Source: an uncultured Ignavibacteriales bacterium
Lineage (GTDB): Bacteria; Zixibacteria; MSB-5A5; GN15; FEB-12
Direction: 5' to 3'
NCBI GenBank assembly: GCA_964464605.1
Contig: CAYXJN010000001.1
Span: forward strand, 317,068-381,067
DNA length: 64,000 nucleotides
Shown: piece by piece, positions 20,831-30,841 of the stretch
Numbering within the stretch: position 1 is the stretch's first letter
Layout: the number at the start of each line of letters is the position of its first letter
Notes under the pieces: generated by a model
Databases searched by the model: none
Told to the model about the DNA's origin: nothing
What the model saw: only the letters and a program-made list of their open reading frames with translations
Made by a program: the position numbers and the translations under genes

Positions 20831-21263
20831 AAAGCCGTTTAGTGACGAAGGAAGCGGGGGAAGCACCACCACTATCGGGCGGGAAACCACCATCACCGGA
20901 ACCCTGGATGTTAAGGGGCCGCTCTATGTTGACGGTACGGTAAAAGGAAAGATTCTCTGCAGCGATGCCGTTACGGTCGGTTCGAACGGTAATGTGGAAG
21001 CGGAAATTGAAGCCGAAACAGCGATCATTGCCGGAAAAATGAATGGTAACATCAATGCCACCGGTAAGATTGAGTTGCAGGCGAAATGCGAAATGGAAGG
21101 TGACCTGCGCACTAAGTCGTTGATAATTGAGCAGGGAGCAGTCTTCTGCGGAGCATGCAACATGAAAGACAACCGCCCGAACCTCGGTTTCCTGCCGCCT
21201 GATGATAACAAGTCGAGTGTGTTGGCCGGCGCCGGGATGAACAAGGAAAAGAAAATCTTCTAA
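20823..21263 (+). CDS. bactofilin (polymer-forming cytoskeletal protein)
   Basis: TTIGRETTITGTL..VDGTVKG beta-helix repeats and IEQGAVFCGAC; follows an M23 gene. Confidence 0.9.
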   Translation: MIKKPFSDEGSGGSTTTIGRETTITGTLDVKGPLYVDGTVKGKILCSDAVTVGSNGNVEAEIEAETAIIAGKMNGNINATGKIELQAKCEMEGDLRTKSLIIEQGAVFCGACNMKDNRPNLGFLPPDDNKSSVLAGAGMNKEKKIF

Positions 21264-21342
21264 GGTTTTCCAATCCTGTGGAAATCCAGCGGGATTTGTT
21301 GATATCCCGTTAAGTTGTTACATTTCAATAGGTTGATTTTAC

Positions 21343-21369
21343 AGGCTCCGGCTTTGGCCGGGGCCTTTT
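21343..21369 (+). terminator. intrinsic terminator after bactofilin
   Basis: AGGCTCCGGC-tttg-GCCGGGGCCT followed by TTT. Confidence 0.55.
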
Positions 21370-21500
21370 CCACATCTGCCAATGCTAATATGCTGAATCT
21401 GTTTGAGTTAAGTAAGCGTTGGTAAAGTGTTGGATCATTCCTTGACCGATGTTGATTGTACTAAACCAACCGCAAAAAGATAAAAGGGACAACGTCCCCC

Positions 21501-21549
21501 TTGACATTGTTGATAAAAAAGTTACCTTTGGGTAATTACCTTAGGGTAA
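21501..21549 (+). promoter_or_regulatory. promoter and tandem palindromic operator of mntR-mntH-usp
   Basis: TTGACA-N16-TACCTT; TTACC-N4-GGTAA occurs twice in tandem (21522-21549) over the -10/+1 region. Confidence 0.65.
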
Positions 21550-21576
21550 TAAATAGTAAAACAAAGAAGGACTCCC

Positions 21577-22062
21577 ATGCTTACGGCTGTACAAGAAGAT
21601 TATATCGAAGTCATATACCGATTAGAACAGGACGCACCCGACAAAGAGGTGCGCGTTACCGATATCGCTGCTGCCCTCGGCACCAAACTGCCGACAGTCA
21701 CTCGCACCGTTCGCAAGCTGACTGAACTTGGATTGGTGAAGCATTCGATTCGTCAGGAAGTCACGCTGTCATCGACCGGAAGACAGATGGCATCCGAGAT
21801 CGTCCACCGTCATGAAGACTTGGTCGATTTTTTTGTATTACTGTTGGGTGCAAATCCGGATGATGTTGAACATGATGTCTGTCAGATAGAACATGGCCTT
21901 TCGCGCGAGAACGCTCAGCGGCTGCATGATTTTCTTGAACATTTCAAAAAGTTAGATCCATCGCTCCAGCAGCGAATCACCGGTTCACGTAAACGAGTTG
22001 TCCGCACGACCAGTGACTTTCGGAATCTGCCTGACAGCAAATCGAGTGGATGGAGAGCGTAA
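21577..22062 (+). CDS. mntR: DtxR/MntR family metal-dependent regulator
   Basis: [16 protein letters not shown] and CQIEH metal-site motifs; upstream of an Nramp gene. Confidence 0.88.
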   Translation: MLTAVQEDYIEVIYRLEQDAPDKEVRVTDIAAALGTKLPTVTRTVRKLTELGLVKHSIRQEVTLSSTGRQMASEIVHRHEDLVDFFVLLLGANPDDVEHDVCQIEHGLSRENAQRLHDFLEHFKKLDPSLQQRITGSRKRVVRTTSDFRNLPDSKSSGWRA

Positions 22063-23429
22063 CCATGCCTTTATTTTCATTCAATAAAACGACAACAACG
22101 CAACGTCAAGCTTGGCGCCATGAGCGAACCTCGCCGACCATGCCGGAAGTCTATTCCTCCGTTCCCGTTCCGCACACCGCAAGCTTTTGGAAAAAACTAT
22201 TAGCCTTCTCAGGTCCCGGTTTGATGGTCGCAGTCGGATATATGGATCCGGGCAACTGGGCGACCGATTTGGCCGGCGGCGCGCAGTTTGGGTACACCTT
22301 ATTGTCTGTTATTCTCCTTTCCAACATTATGGCGATCATGCTTCAGCATCTTTCTCTAAAATTAGGAATCGTAACCGGACGTGACTTAGCCCAAGCCTGC
22401 CGTGACAATTATTCAAAACCGGTAGCAATAGCGCTGTGGGTGTTGTGTGAAATAGCAATCGCTGCATGCGACTTGGCGGAGGTTATCGGTTCAGCTATCG
22501 CACTTAATCTATTATTCGGGTTGCCATTGATTGTCGGTGTCTTTCTAACGGCAGCGGATGTTATGGTGATTCTTTTCTTACAGCATCACGGGTTTAGAAT
22601 TATCGAAAGCTTAGTAGCCGGTTTGATATTCTTGATAGGTGGCTGTTTTGCCTATGAAATGATTGTCTCGGTCCCGTCGATTGCCGGAATTATGGGTGGA
22701 TTACTTCCCACTCCGGAAATCGTGACCAATCCCGGCATGTTGTACATCGCTATTGGAATTTTAGGTGCGACAGTGATGCCGCACAATCTATATCTCCATT
22801 CGAGTATTGTGCAGACTCGCGCATACGAAAAGAATGATGGCGGTAAAAAAATGGCGATCAAGTTTGCCACTATCGATTCAACCACCGCGCTTCTGCTGGC
22901 CTTCTTCATTAACGCTGCGATTTTAATTTTGAGCGCGGCGGCGTTTCATGGCACTGAATACTCCAACGTTGCCGATATTTCCGACGCATACAAACTGCTC
23001 ACCCCTGTTTTAGCTGCTCCGTTAGCGAGTGTGTTGTTTGCGGTTGCGCTTTTGGCATCGGGACAAAATTCTACCCTTACCGGAACGATGGCGGGGCAGA
23101 TTGTTATGGAAGGGTTCTTAAATATCCGTCTGCGCCCCTGGCTGCGTCGTTTGATTACTCGTTTAGTGGCTATTGTTCCGGCAGCGATTGTCGCCGGTTT
23201 GTACGGGGAACAGGGTGTCGGCGAATTGTTGATTTTAAGTCAGGTGATTTTGTCGCTGCAGTTGTCATTCGCAGTGGTGCCGCTCGTGATGTTCACTTCC
23301 GACAAACTGAAAATGGGTCGGTTTGTTAATGCTACCTGGTTAAAAATCACTGCCTGGGTGATTACCTTTTTCATTATCATACTGAACAGTTATTTGTTGT
23401 TCCAAACCTTTCAGGAATGGTTAGGCTAA
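22050..23429 (+). CDS. mntH: Nramp family Mn2+/Fe2+ transporter (start may be 22065)
   Basis: [17 protein letters not shown] and GQIVMEGF motifs. Confidence 0.95.
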   Translation: MESVTMPLFSFNKTTTTQRQAWRHERTSPTMPEVYSSVPVPHTASFWKKLLAFSGPGLMVAVGYMDPGNWATDLAGGAQFGYTLLSVILLSNIMAIMLQHLSLKLGIVTGRDLAQACRDNYSKPVAIALWVLCEIAIAACDLAEVIGSAIALNLLFGLPLIVGVFLTAADVMVILFLQHHGFRIIESLVAGLIFLIGGCFAYEMIVSVPSIAGIMGGLLPTPEIVTNPGMLYIAIGILGATVMPHNLYLHSSIVQTRAYEKNDGGKKMAIKFATIDSTTALLLAFFINAAILILSAAAFHGTEYSNVADISDAYKLLTPVLAAPLASVLFAVALLASGQNSTLTGTMAGQIVMEGFLNIRLRPWLRRLITRLVAIVPAAIVAGLYGEQGVGELLILSQVILSLQLSFAVVPLVMFTSDKLKMGRFVNATWLKITAWVITFFIIILNSYLLFQTFQEWLG

Positions 23430-23445
23430 AGCTTACGAGGGAATT

Positions 23446-23877
23446 GTGTACCAGCATATTTTAATAGCGCTTGAAAATTCACCGACTGATTCTGCGATCA
23501 TCGAACATATCCAGGCGTTGTTGAAACTCACTAACGCGCAGGTGACGCTGATTCATGTGGCGGATGGCTTCGTGGCGCGCAACCAGGATACTTTTAATCT
23601 GGAAGATTCCGAAGAGATGAAAGTTGACCGCGCGTATTTGGAACAGGTTCGCGCGCAATTGAGAAACGAAGGTTTTACAGTTAATGCTATTTTATCTCAG
23701 GGTGATCCGGCTAAAAAGATTGTCCAGACCGCGCATGACGTTCAGTGTGATTTGATAGCGATGGCCACCCACGGCCATAAATTTTTGGGGGATCTTATCT
23801 TAGGCAGCGTCGCCTCTTCTGTCAGACATTTGACGGATATCCCGGTGCTCTTAGTACCGGCGAAGAAGAAGAAATAA
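23446..23877 (+). CDS. universal stress protein
   Basis: YQHILIAL, DLIAMATHGH and LGSVA..V..PVLLV motifs. Confidence 0.92.
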   Translation: MYQHILIALENSPTDSAIIEHIQALLKLTNAQVTLIHVADGFVARNQDTFNLEDSEEMKVDRAYLEQVRAQLRNEGFTVNAILSQGDPAKKIVQTAHDVQCDLIAMATHGHKFLGDLILGSVASSVRHLTDIPVLLVPAKKKK

Positions 23878-23886
23878 CCTTTAGCA

Positions 23887-24858
23887 TTATCGAACAATAA
23901 TTCTACTTTCACTAGTTGTGTCGTTTGTTTTTTGAGTTTCAATTATATCATCTAACAATTTCATCAGAGTATTTGCTGGGAGAACTCGAGCTAGCCCTAT
24001 ATTCTGATCTACCTCAACATAACTTGGAGGCTCTTTCTTTTTCTTCTTCTTTGGGGTGTCCTGTTTAACAGGGTATGGATACCTTTCATTTGAAAAGGAA
24101 ACAGTTATTCCAATAAACAAACGTCTTGAAGTTTGTGTTGCAGCATATTCTGCTACTGCGTCATCGTCTCCATCTAGATAGACGGGACATCCGCTCATAC
24201 CCCGAATTGCAAATCCTTCAATTAGTATCTCTTTGTTGGTTGGATCATACCCTGCAATTTTGCCGCTTCGAAAAACAGGATCCAATCCAGAAGTCAGCAA
24301 TCCTAGCGGGTATCCGATACTGATGGTTGAAAAACCTTGAAGTAGATCTTCAAAATTGATGCAATCTGATCTTGATAAGGTTGCTATAGCATACCCTGAA
24401 TCTTCTGGCGCGATTGGAGTCATGAAAATTGCAATTAGATCAGTCTTTGGTATGCGATAAGTGTTTTTTAGAGTGTCTATGTTTAATATAGATGTTACCC
24501 ACGTTTTCGTGGTTTTCAAGGAATCTCCAGCTTTGTACATCCGGTAAGTGATACCTACTGAATCAACAAGCTGTCCATTGAGTTCTTTGGGTTGAATGAC
24601 ATGACCAGCCGTAACTACTATTACTTTGTTACTTCTTTCTATGTAACTATAAAACAATACACCACTACCATAGCCCGATACTGCCTTACCTTGTGTTTTA
24701 TAATAAGTGTCAATGTATGCAGTAAATAAGCCAAACTCGCGACTCTGATATTTTCGTAACTCTAAAGCACTGCCTAAGGGTTTTCCAACACCATAGGAAT
24801 AAAACCCAACGAGACTAATAATGGCTGTGACTAGTAGTAATTTGAGATATTTATTCAT
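23887..24858 (-). CDS. secreted trypsin-like (S1) serine protease domain protein, AT-rich gene
   Basis: Signal peptide; VTAGHV (His), TDLIAI (Asp), IGYPLG and GMSGCPV (Ser). Confidence 0.75.
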   Translation of the reverse strand: MNKYLKLLLVTAIISLVGFYSYGVGKPLGSALELRKYQSREFGLFTAYIDTYYKTQGKAVSGYGSGVLFYSYIERSNKVIVVTAGHVIQPKELNGQLVDSVGITYRMYKAGDSLKTTKTWVTSILNIDTLKNTYRIPKTDLIAIFMTPIAPEDSGYAIATLSRSDCINFEDLLQGFSTISIGYPLGLLTSGLDPVFRSGKIAGYDPTNKEILIEGFAIRGMSGCPVYLDGDDDAVAEYAATQTSRRLFIGITVSFSNERYPYPVKQDTPKKKKKKEPPSYVEVDQNIGLARVLPANTLMKLLDDIIETQKTNDTTSESRIIVR

Positions 24859-25089
24859 TTATGCCGCTCCCAAAATCCACCCATATTCTAAAGACGTTAG
24901 TAATCAGAAAATGGTCAATAGCGCCATAACCATTTTGATAATTATTTTCTCATGCATTTCGAATAACTCATAGAAAATGACACTATCCCCTCATTTGCTT
25001 TTCCTGAGATTTCCCCTATCTTTCGGGCGGCTGGAGAGTATAAGAATCCAGTACCTAAGAACTTACGAATCCATTCCCCGGAGGAATTC

Positions 25090-26097
<1,008 letters not shown>

Positions 26098-26113
26098 GCT
26101 CGCTCGATTTTGA

Positions 26114-26632
26114 TTGGGCAGCATCGTGATCGAATCGATTCGCCTTTCCAATCTGCCGCCGTACGCAAAGCTATTTGTCGCACTTTTTTGTGCGCTCATG
26201 ATCTGTGTTTGTTTGTGGGCAGGATGGATTTACGCAGTTGAAAAAGGAAGTGTCGATGTTTCCAAACTTCCCGCGTATTTGCAAACTGAGCCAGACAATC
26301 AAACTATGACTGAAACGAATGATGCAGAAAAACCGAATATGCGCCATAACCTCGGACTGGCGCATACACATATCAACGGACAGACACTTCTGTTTTTTGC
26401 CATAGGACTGATTTTTTTGTTCACGTCTGCGAAAGAGAAAATAAAAAAGATTGTTTTATGGTTGTTTGCTGTTTCGATTGTTGTGCACACGATCGGTTTA
26501 AGCGGGATGCATTATGCATCCATCTACGACGATATACTGGCAATCAGTGGCGTAGCGATTTTAGTTCTTATAGTCTATATGGCATTTGTTATAGTTATCG
26601 ATTTAGCGAAAAAACCGACAGTGAGTAATTGA
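26114..26632 (+). CDS. hypothetical 4-TM membrane protein with an HTH(His-Thr-His)INGQ motif
   Basis: Four hydrophobic segments; fills the gap between moxR and DUF58. Confidence 0.7.
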   Translation: MGSIVIESIRLSNLPPYAKLFVALFCALMICVCLWAGWIYAVEKGSVDVSKLPAYLQTEPDNQTMTETNDAEKPNMRHNLGLAHTHINGQTLLFFAIGLIFLFTSAKEKIKKIVLWLFAVSIVVHTIGLSGMHYASIYDDILAISGVAILVLIVYMAFVIVIDLAKKPTVSN

Positions 26633-27531
26633 TGCAGCAGGATTATCGCAAGTATCTCCAGCCGGATACCGTTTCCAAACTCAAAGGGATGGAGTTGCGC
26701 GCACGGATGGTAGTGGAAGGTTTCATCGCCGGGATGCATCGCTCACCGTATCATGGGTTCTCGGTTGAGTTCGCGGAACATCGTCAGTATATGCCGGGTG
26801 ACAGCATTCGTAATCTCGATTGGAAAGTGTACGCGAAGTCAGATCGGTTTTATATCAAACAGTATGAAGAAGAAACCAATCTCAAGGGATACCTGCTTTT
26901 AGATTGTTCCGCTTCGATGAAATATCACTCGGAAAAACAGGTCAGCAAATTCGATTATGCCGGTTTGTTATCCGGTGCGTTGTCATACATGATGCTTCGT
27001 CAGCGGGATGCCGCTGGGTTGGTAACATTTGCCGAGCGGATTATCAAATACATTCCGCCGCGTTCCCGTCAGGGGCACTTGCATTTACTGCTTAATGAAA
27101 TTTCACAGCAGCAACCGACGGATAAGACTGATATTTCAGCCGCGCTGCACGAAATGGCGGAACGAATCACCCGTCGCGGGTTAATTATTATTCTGTCTGA
27201 TTTATTAGATGATGCTTCAAAGATTATTTCCGGACTCAAACATTTCCGCTATAACCAGCACGAAGTAATCGTGTTTCATATTCTCGATCCTCGTGAACGG
27301 GATTTTGCATTCGGTCAGGAAGCTATTTTCAAAGATATGGAAACCGGTGAAGAGATTACTACACTACCGTATCAAATGAAAGGTGACTTTGCGAATCAGG
27401 TAAAAGCCTTTTCCGAAGAAATCGCCTTAGCTTGCCGTCAGTCCAATATCGACTACCACCCGATCGACACCTCCATGCCTTTTGACAAAGCACTCTATGC
27501 GTTCTTGAGCAAACGGGAACGGCTGTTTTAA
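26629..27531 (+). CDS. DUF58 domain protein (MoxR-associated, VWA-like)
   Basis: GMHRSPYHGFSVEFAEHRQYMPGD, DWKVYAK and LDCSASM motifs. Confidence 0.93.
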   Translation: MMQQDYRKYLQPDTVSKLKGMELRARMVVEGFIAGMHRSPYHGFSVEFAEHRQYMPGDSIRNLDWKVYAKSDRFYIKQYEEETNLKGYLLLDCSASMKYHSEKQVSKFDYAGLLSGALSYMMLRQRDAAGLVTFAERIIKYIPPRSRQGHLHLLLNEISQQQPTDKTDISAALHEMAERITRRGLIIILSDLLDDASKIISGLKHFRYNQHEVIVFHILDPRERDFAFGQEAIFKDMETGEEITTLPYQMKGDFANQVKAFSEEIALACRQSNIDYHPIDTSMPFDKALYAFLSKRERLF

Positions 27532-27541
27532 TTCTTCACAT

Positions 27542-27569
27542 AAAAAATGGGTTCATTTGCATGAACCCA
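27542..27569. terminator. hairpin between the convergent DUF58 and peptide genes (T-tail on the - strand)
   Basis: A6 then TGGGTTCAT-ttgc-ATGAACCCA. Confidence 0.55.
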
Positions 27570-27632
27570 AGTTCGGCAAGTAACTGATTTGTTTCTGCTG
27601 CGGATTTGTAATTGGAAAGTATCCTTGCTGGT

Positions 27633-27893
27633 TCAGCAGGGGATAACGCATCCAACCTGTCCGCATGCACAAATGAAATTCTCAGGCTCGCACGGCATAT
27701 TCGCTGGTACATTACATCGAATCAGCGGAACATACGGCGATTCGCACGTGCCAGGCCCACCACAATATTCCTGCACGCCACAATCCCAACGGCATACATC
27801 CGATTTCGCTTCAGGCGGCGAAAGCAGAACAACACCGATTCCAAGAAATAAAGTCGCTGCGAATGAAATCAATCCTAATTTGATCGTTTTCAT
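27633..27893 (-). CDS. secreted cysteine-rich peptide (31-aa signal plus 55-aa mature region with 10 Cys)
   Basis: GGAGG RBS; MKTIK-hydrophobic-PEAKS signal; mature DVCRWDCGVQEYCGGPGTCESPYVPLIRCNVPANMPCEPENFICACGQVGCVIPC. Confidence 0.75.
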   Translation of the reverse strand: MKTIKLGLISFAATLFLGIGVVLLSPPEAKSDVCRWDCGVQEYCGGPGTCESPYVPLIRCNVPANMPCEPENFICACGQVGCVIPC

Positions 27894-27916
27894 AAATGCC
27901 TCCATGGTTTTATTAG

Positions 27917-28505
27917 TCACTTGCCGACACAAAAACGATTTACGATTGGATGCTCGATGTAACCGTCAAATCCAAATTGCTGATACGTGACAAAACCACT
28001 TTGGTCTACACCGATAATGATAGGGCTAAATGTTTTTTGTATTTTTTTGCCCAAAGAGAGTCACAAAAACAACAGTAAAGTTATCGAACAAGCCGGCATA
28101 TTGGCCGGGAATTGGATTGTCGTTGGGTGGAAGACAAATGATTTGCTGAACATCGGATAGTACTTCCGGTTGCACCACTTTCTTCCAAAATGCTACCAGA
28201 TCCAAACAGGTTGGACATGCTAGGTCAGTAAATAGTATGACACTTTTTTTGTTTGCGAGAAGCTGCTCAAAATTCCCGGTGCCACCATTTTGCGTAACAT
28301 AATTTTCCCACGGAAATAGATCTCCAGGCCCAAACGAAAGTGATGAAGCCGGTGGTGCTTGTGGTCCAGCGAATGAGTGCTCACTTTCTGGAGCAAAATA
28401 TGCATATCCGATTTTTATTCCTGCGGTAATGCCAATCCCCCCCAAGATGATCACAAACAGCGCTTTCACGTAAAAGGATTTGAAAAAAGAAGATAGAAAT
28501 GCCAT
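27917..28505 (-). CDS. membrane-anchored thioredoxin-fold (TlpA/ResA/AhpC-like) CxxC protein; frameshifted near 28030-28065
   Basis: N-terminal TM; GDLFP..SVILFTDLACPTC; another frame continues FSPIIIGVDQSGFVTYQQFG to a TGA at 27917. Confidence 0.65.
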
Positions 28506-28596
28506 GCCGCTCCCTTCCAATAGAGTCCATGCGTGTCACAATGGAGCACACGCGCCTCAGTTTCTGCCGCCATGCTGGCAATACGATTACCCAGTC

Positions 28597-28625
28597 AGCA
28601 TATCAAAGCTGACAGTTTTTGTCAA
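28597..28625 (-). promoter_or_regulatory. sigma70-like promoter of the thioredoxin-peptide cassette
   Basis: Minus strand reads TTGACA-N17-TATGCT. Confidence 0.6.
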
Positions 28626-28666
28626 TTACTTTTTTTGTGAAGTGATGAGAGAATGTGACATGTATG

Positions 28667-29050
28667 TCACTCTTCAGCATCAAAGGCGTTAGGGTAATGC
28701 TCGATGCTGCCGTTGGTGAAAGTTATGACATCAAAGCGTAAGTCTACGCCACTAATTTTTTTAGCAATCAGATATTGCTGTGCGGCGTTGGTGAGATGTG
28801 AAATCTTCTTTTTATCGACTCGTTCGGCCGGGTGTCCGAATTTTTTAGTAGTTGCGGATTTCACTTCGACAAAAACAATAAGTCCGCTTTTTTTGGCTAT
28901 TAGATCAATTTCCTTTGAGCCGACCCGCCAGTTGCGCTCAAGAATTTCGAAACCTTGTTGTTTGAAATATGATGCCGCCAGCTTTTCGTACTCACGACCT
29001 TTTTTGACACGATTTTCCCGCCCCACAGAAGACTCATCAGAGAAGGACAT
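28667..29050 (-). CDS. yraN: YraN family protein (UPF0102)
   Basis: ILERNWR..EIDLIA..VFVEVK and RFDVI motifs; follows rnhB. Confidence 0.92.
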   Translation of the reverse strand: MSFSDESSVGRENRVKKGREYEKLAASYFKQQGFEILERNWRVGSKEIDLIAKKSGLIVFVEVKSATTKKFGHPAERVDKKKISHLTNAAQQYLIAKKISGVDLRFDVITFTNGSIEHYPNAFDAEE

Positions 29051-29690
29051 AATCTTTCAAAAGATCAGCAACCGGTTTGAATGACCTACGATGTATTATA
29101 CAGGGGCCGTGACGACGGAGTTCCTCAACATGCATCGGTGTAGGGTACCCTTTGTGTTTAGAGAAACTAAATGAAGGGTATAGTTCACTGTATTTATCCA
29201 TAATACGGTCGCGGGTGACTTTAGCAATTATCGATGCTGCTCCGATACTCTGACAGATACCATCCCCGCCGACAATCGCATACTGGGGAAGGTCGAGTTT
29301 TGGGATAACTTGGTTACCATCGATAAGTACGACTTCGGGCGTCGTTTTCAGGTCTGTTACCGCTTTGCGCATGGCCATGAGCGCCGCCTGAAGTATATTA
29401 ATCCGGTCGATACATTCATTATCTATAATGCCCACGGCGCAGAACAGGTCGCTGTTGATGATTTCATCGAACAGTTCCTCCCGTTGGATTTGTGAGAGTT
29501 TTTTTGAGTCGTCAATTCCTTCAATAGTAACACCGGCCGGTATAACGACTGCCGCTGCAACAACCGGCCCAGCTAAAGGGCCGCGCCCGACCTCATCGAC
29601 GCCGCACAGCGCCGTATACCCTTGTTCATAGAGCATTGTTTCGATATTAACTGTTGCCGTGGATTTTAATACTGCACTGTTTTTGCGCAT
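29037..29690 (-). CDS. rnhB: ribonuclease HII
   Basis: GVDEVGRGPLAGPV, DSKKL, AASIIAKVTRD and HKGYPT motifs. Confidence 0.96.
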   Translation of the reverse strand: MRKNSAVLKSTATVNIETMLYEQGYTALCGVDEVGRGPLAGPVVAAAVVIPAGVTIEGIDDSKKLSQIQREELFDEIINSDLFCAVGIIDNECIDRINILQAALMAMRKAVTDLKTTPEVVLIDGNQVIPKLDLPQYAIVGGDGICQSIGAASIIAKVTRDRIMDKYSELYPSFSFSKHKGYPTPMHVEELRRHGPCIIHRRSFKPVADLLKDYVLL

Positions 29691-29818
29691 AGGACGTTTA
29701 ATCTGCTTTTACCGAGGTGCTTGTTTTGAATCCTCTTATCGGCTGTTGCCTGCTCTTTCATAAACAAAATATGCAGCGTATATTAACGCAAGAGTTTTGA
29801 GCGAATGAACAGAGAAAC

Positions 29819-30400
29819 ATGAGCAAAAAAAGCAGATCCGACTTCGACTTTCATATTATCGCCGGCGACCTGAAAGGACGCGTGATTCATGCCCCCAACC
29901 TCGGTGTCACCCGCCCACCCCTTACTCGGGTGCGCCGCTCGATTTTCGATTATTTGAATCCCTATTTGATGGATGGGCGGTACTTGGATCTTTTTAGCGG
30001 TACCGGTTCGTATCTGTTCGAGGCGACCTCACGAGGTGCTAAGATGGTGACGGGTGTGGAGTTAGAAAAGCAGCTGGCGGATGCTATCAACAATCATGCC
30101 AAGGCATTCGGGGTATCGGATAGAATGCGATGCCTTAATGAGGATGTGTTTCAGGCTATTCCCAAATTCGGTCGAACCGGCCAGCAGTTCGATATCATTA
30201 TGGTAGCCCCGCCACAATATAAGGGGCTGATAGAGCGCACCCTTGTTGCTCTCCATGAACAGACGATTCTTGCCGAGGGTGGGCAAATCCTTTGCCAGCA
30301 CGATACCTCCGAAACCCGGAAGCTCAAATTCGAGCAATACGAAACAGTTCAGCAGCGCACCTACGGTAACACGACTTTCACCATTTTGCATCCCCAGTAA
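29819..30400 (+). CDS. rsmD: RsmD-family RNA methyltransferase
   Basis: IIAGDLKGR, LDLFSGTGS and RTYGNT motifs; APPQY replaces DPPY. Confidence 0.8.
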   Translation: MSKKSRSDFDFHIIAGDLKGRVIHAPNLGVTRPPLTRVRRSIFDYLNPYLMDGRYLDLFSGTGSYLFEATSRGAKMVTGVELEKQLADAINNHAKAFGVSDRMRCLNEDVFQAIPKFGRTGQQFDIIMVAPPQYKGLIERTLVALHEQTILAEGGQILCQHDTSETRKLKFEQYETVQQRTYGNTTFTILHPQ

Positions 30401-30401
30401 T

Positions 30402-30430
30402 AAAAAAGGCGCCTTGGAAGGCGCCTTTAT
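30402..30430. terminator. bidirectional terminator between rsmD and rplS
   Basis: AAAAAAGGCGCCTT-gg-AAGGCGCCTTT. Confidence 0.7.
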
Positions 30431-30453
30431 AATAGTCGACTAAGAAGTGAATC

Positions 30454-30822
30454 TTAACTCTTGGAATCATCTTCCAATTCGGTAAGCTCTTTAATACGAG
30501 CTGATTTGCCGGTCAGATCACGCAGGTAGTACAGCTTGGAGCGGCGTACCTGACCATGACGGACAAGTTCGATTTTGTCGATACTCGGCGCATAAAGCGG
30601 GAAAATACGTTCTACGCCGACACCGGATGAATTTTTGCGGACGGTGAAAGTCGCGCCGGCGCCGGTTGCGCCATGACGTTTGATAACGACGCCCTGGAAA
30701 ACCTGGACGCGTTCTTTGTCACCTTCTTTAATTTTTACGTGTACCTTAATGGTATCACCGGGGCTGAAGCTTGGATAGTCATCGCGGACCATCTGCTGAT
30801 CAATTGCTGCGATCTGTTTCAT
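30454..30822 (-). CDS. rplS: 50S ribosomal protein L19
   Basis: [22 protein letters not shown] and [10 protein letters not shown] motifs. Confidence 0.97.
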   Translation of the reverse strand: MKQIAAIDQQMVRDDYPSFSPGDTIKVHVKIKEGDKERVQVFQGVVIKRHGATGAGATFTVRKNSSGVGVERIFPLYAPSIDKIELVRHGQVRRSKLYYLRDLTGKSARIKELTELEDDSKS

Positions 30823-30841
30823 AGCTCTTTCTTTATTCCTT

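Noticed and set aside
20075..21263. M23 peptidase plus bactofilin as a novel system
   Set aside because: This is an established cell-shape module (Helicobacter csd1-ccmA type).
27633..27893. RiPP precursor (lanthipeptide, ranthipeptide or thiopeptide)
   Set aside because: It has a Sec-type signal rather than a RiPP leader, and there is no adjacent modifying enzyme or transporter. The only radical SAM homolog is 10 kb away and lacks its cluster motif.
27589..27990. Plus-strand ORFs (133 aa and 79 aa) over the peptide gene
   Set aside because: These are antisense shadows. The minus-strand ORF has an RBS, a signal peptide and operon context.
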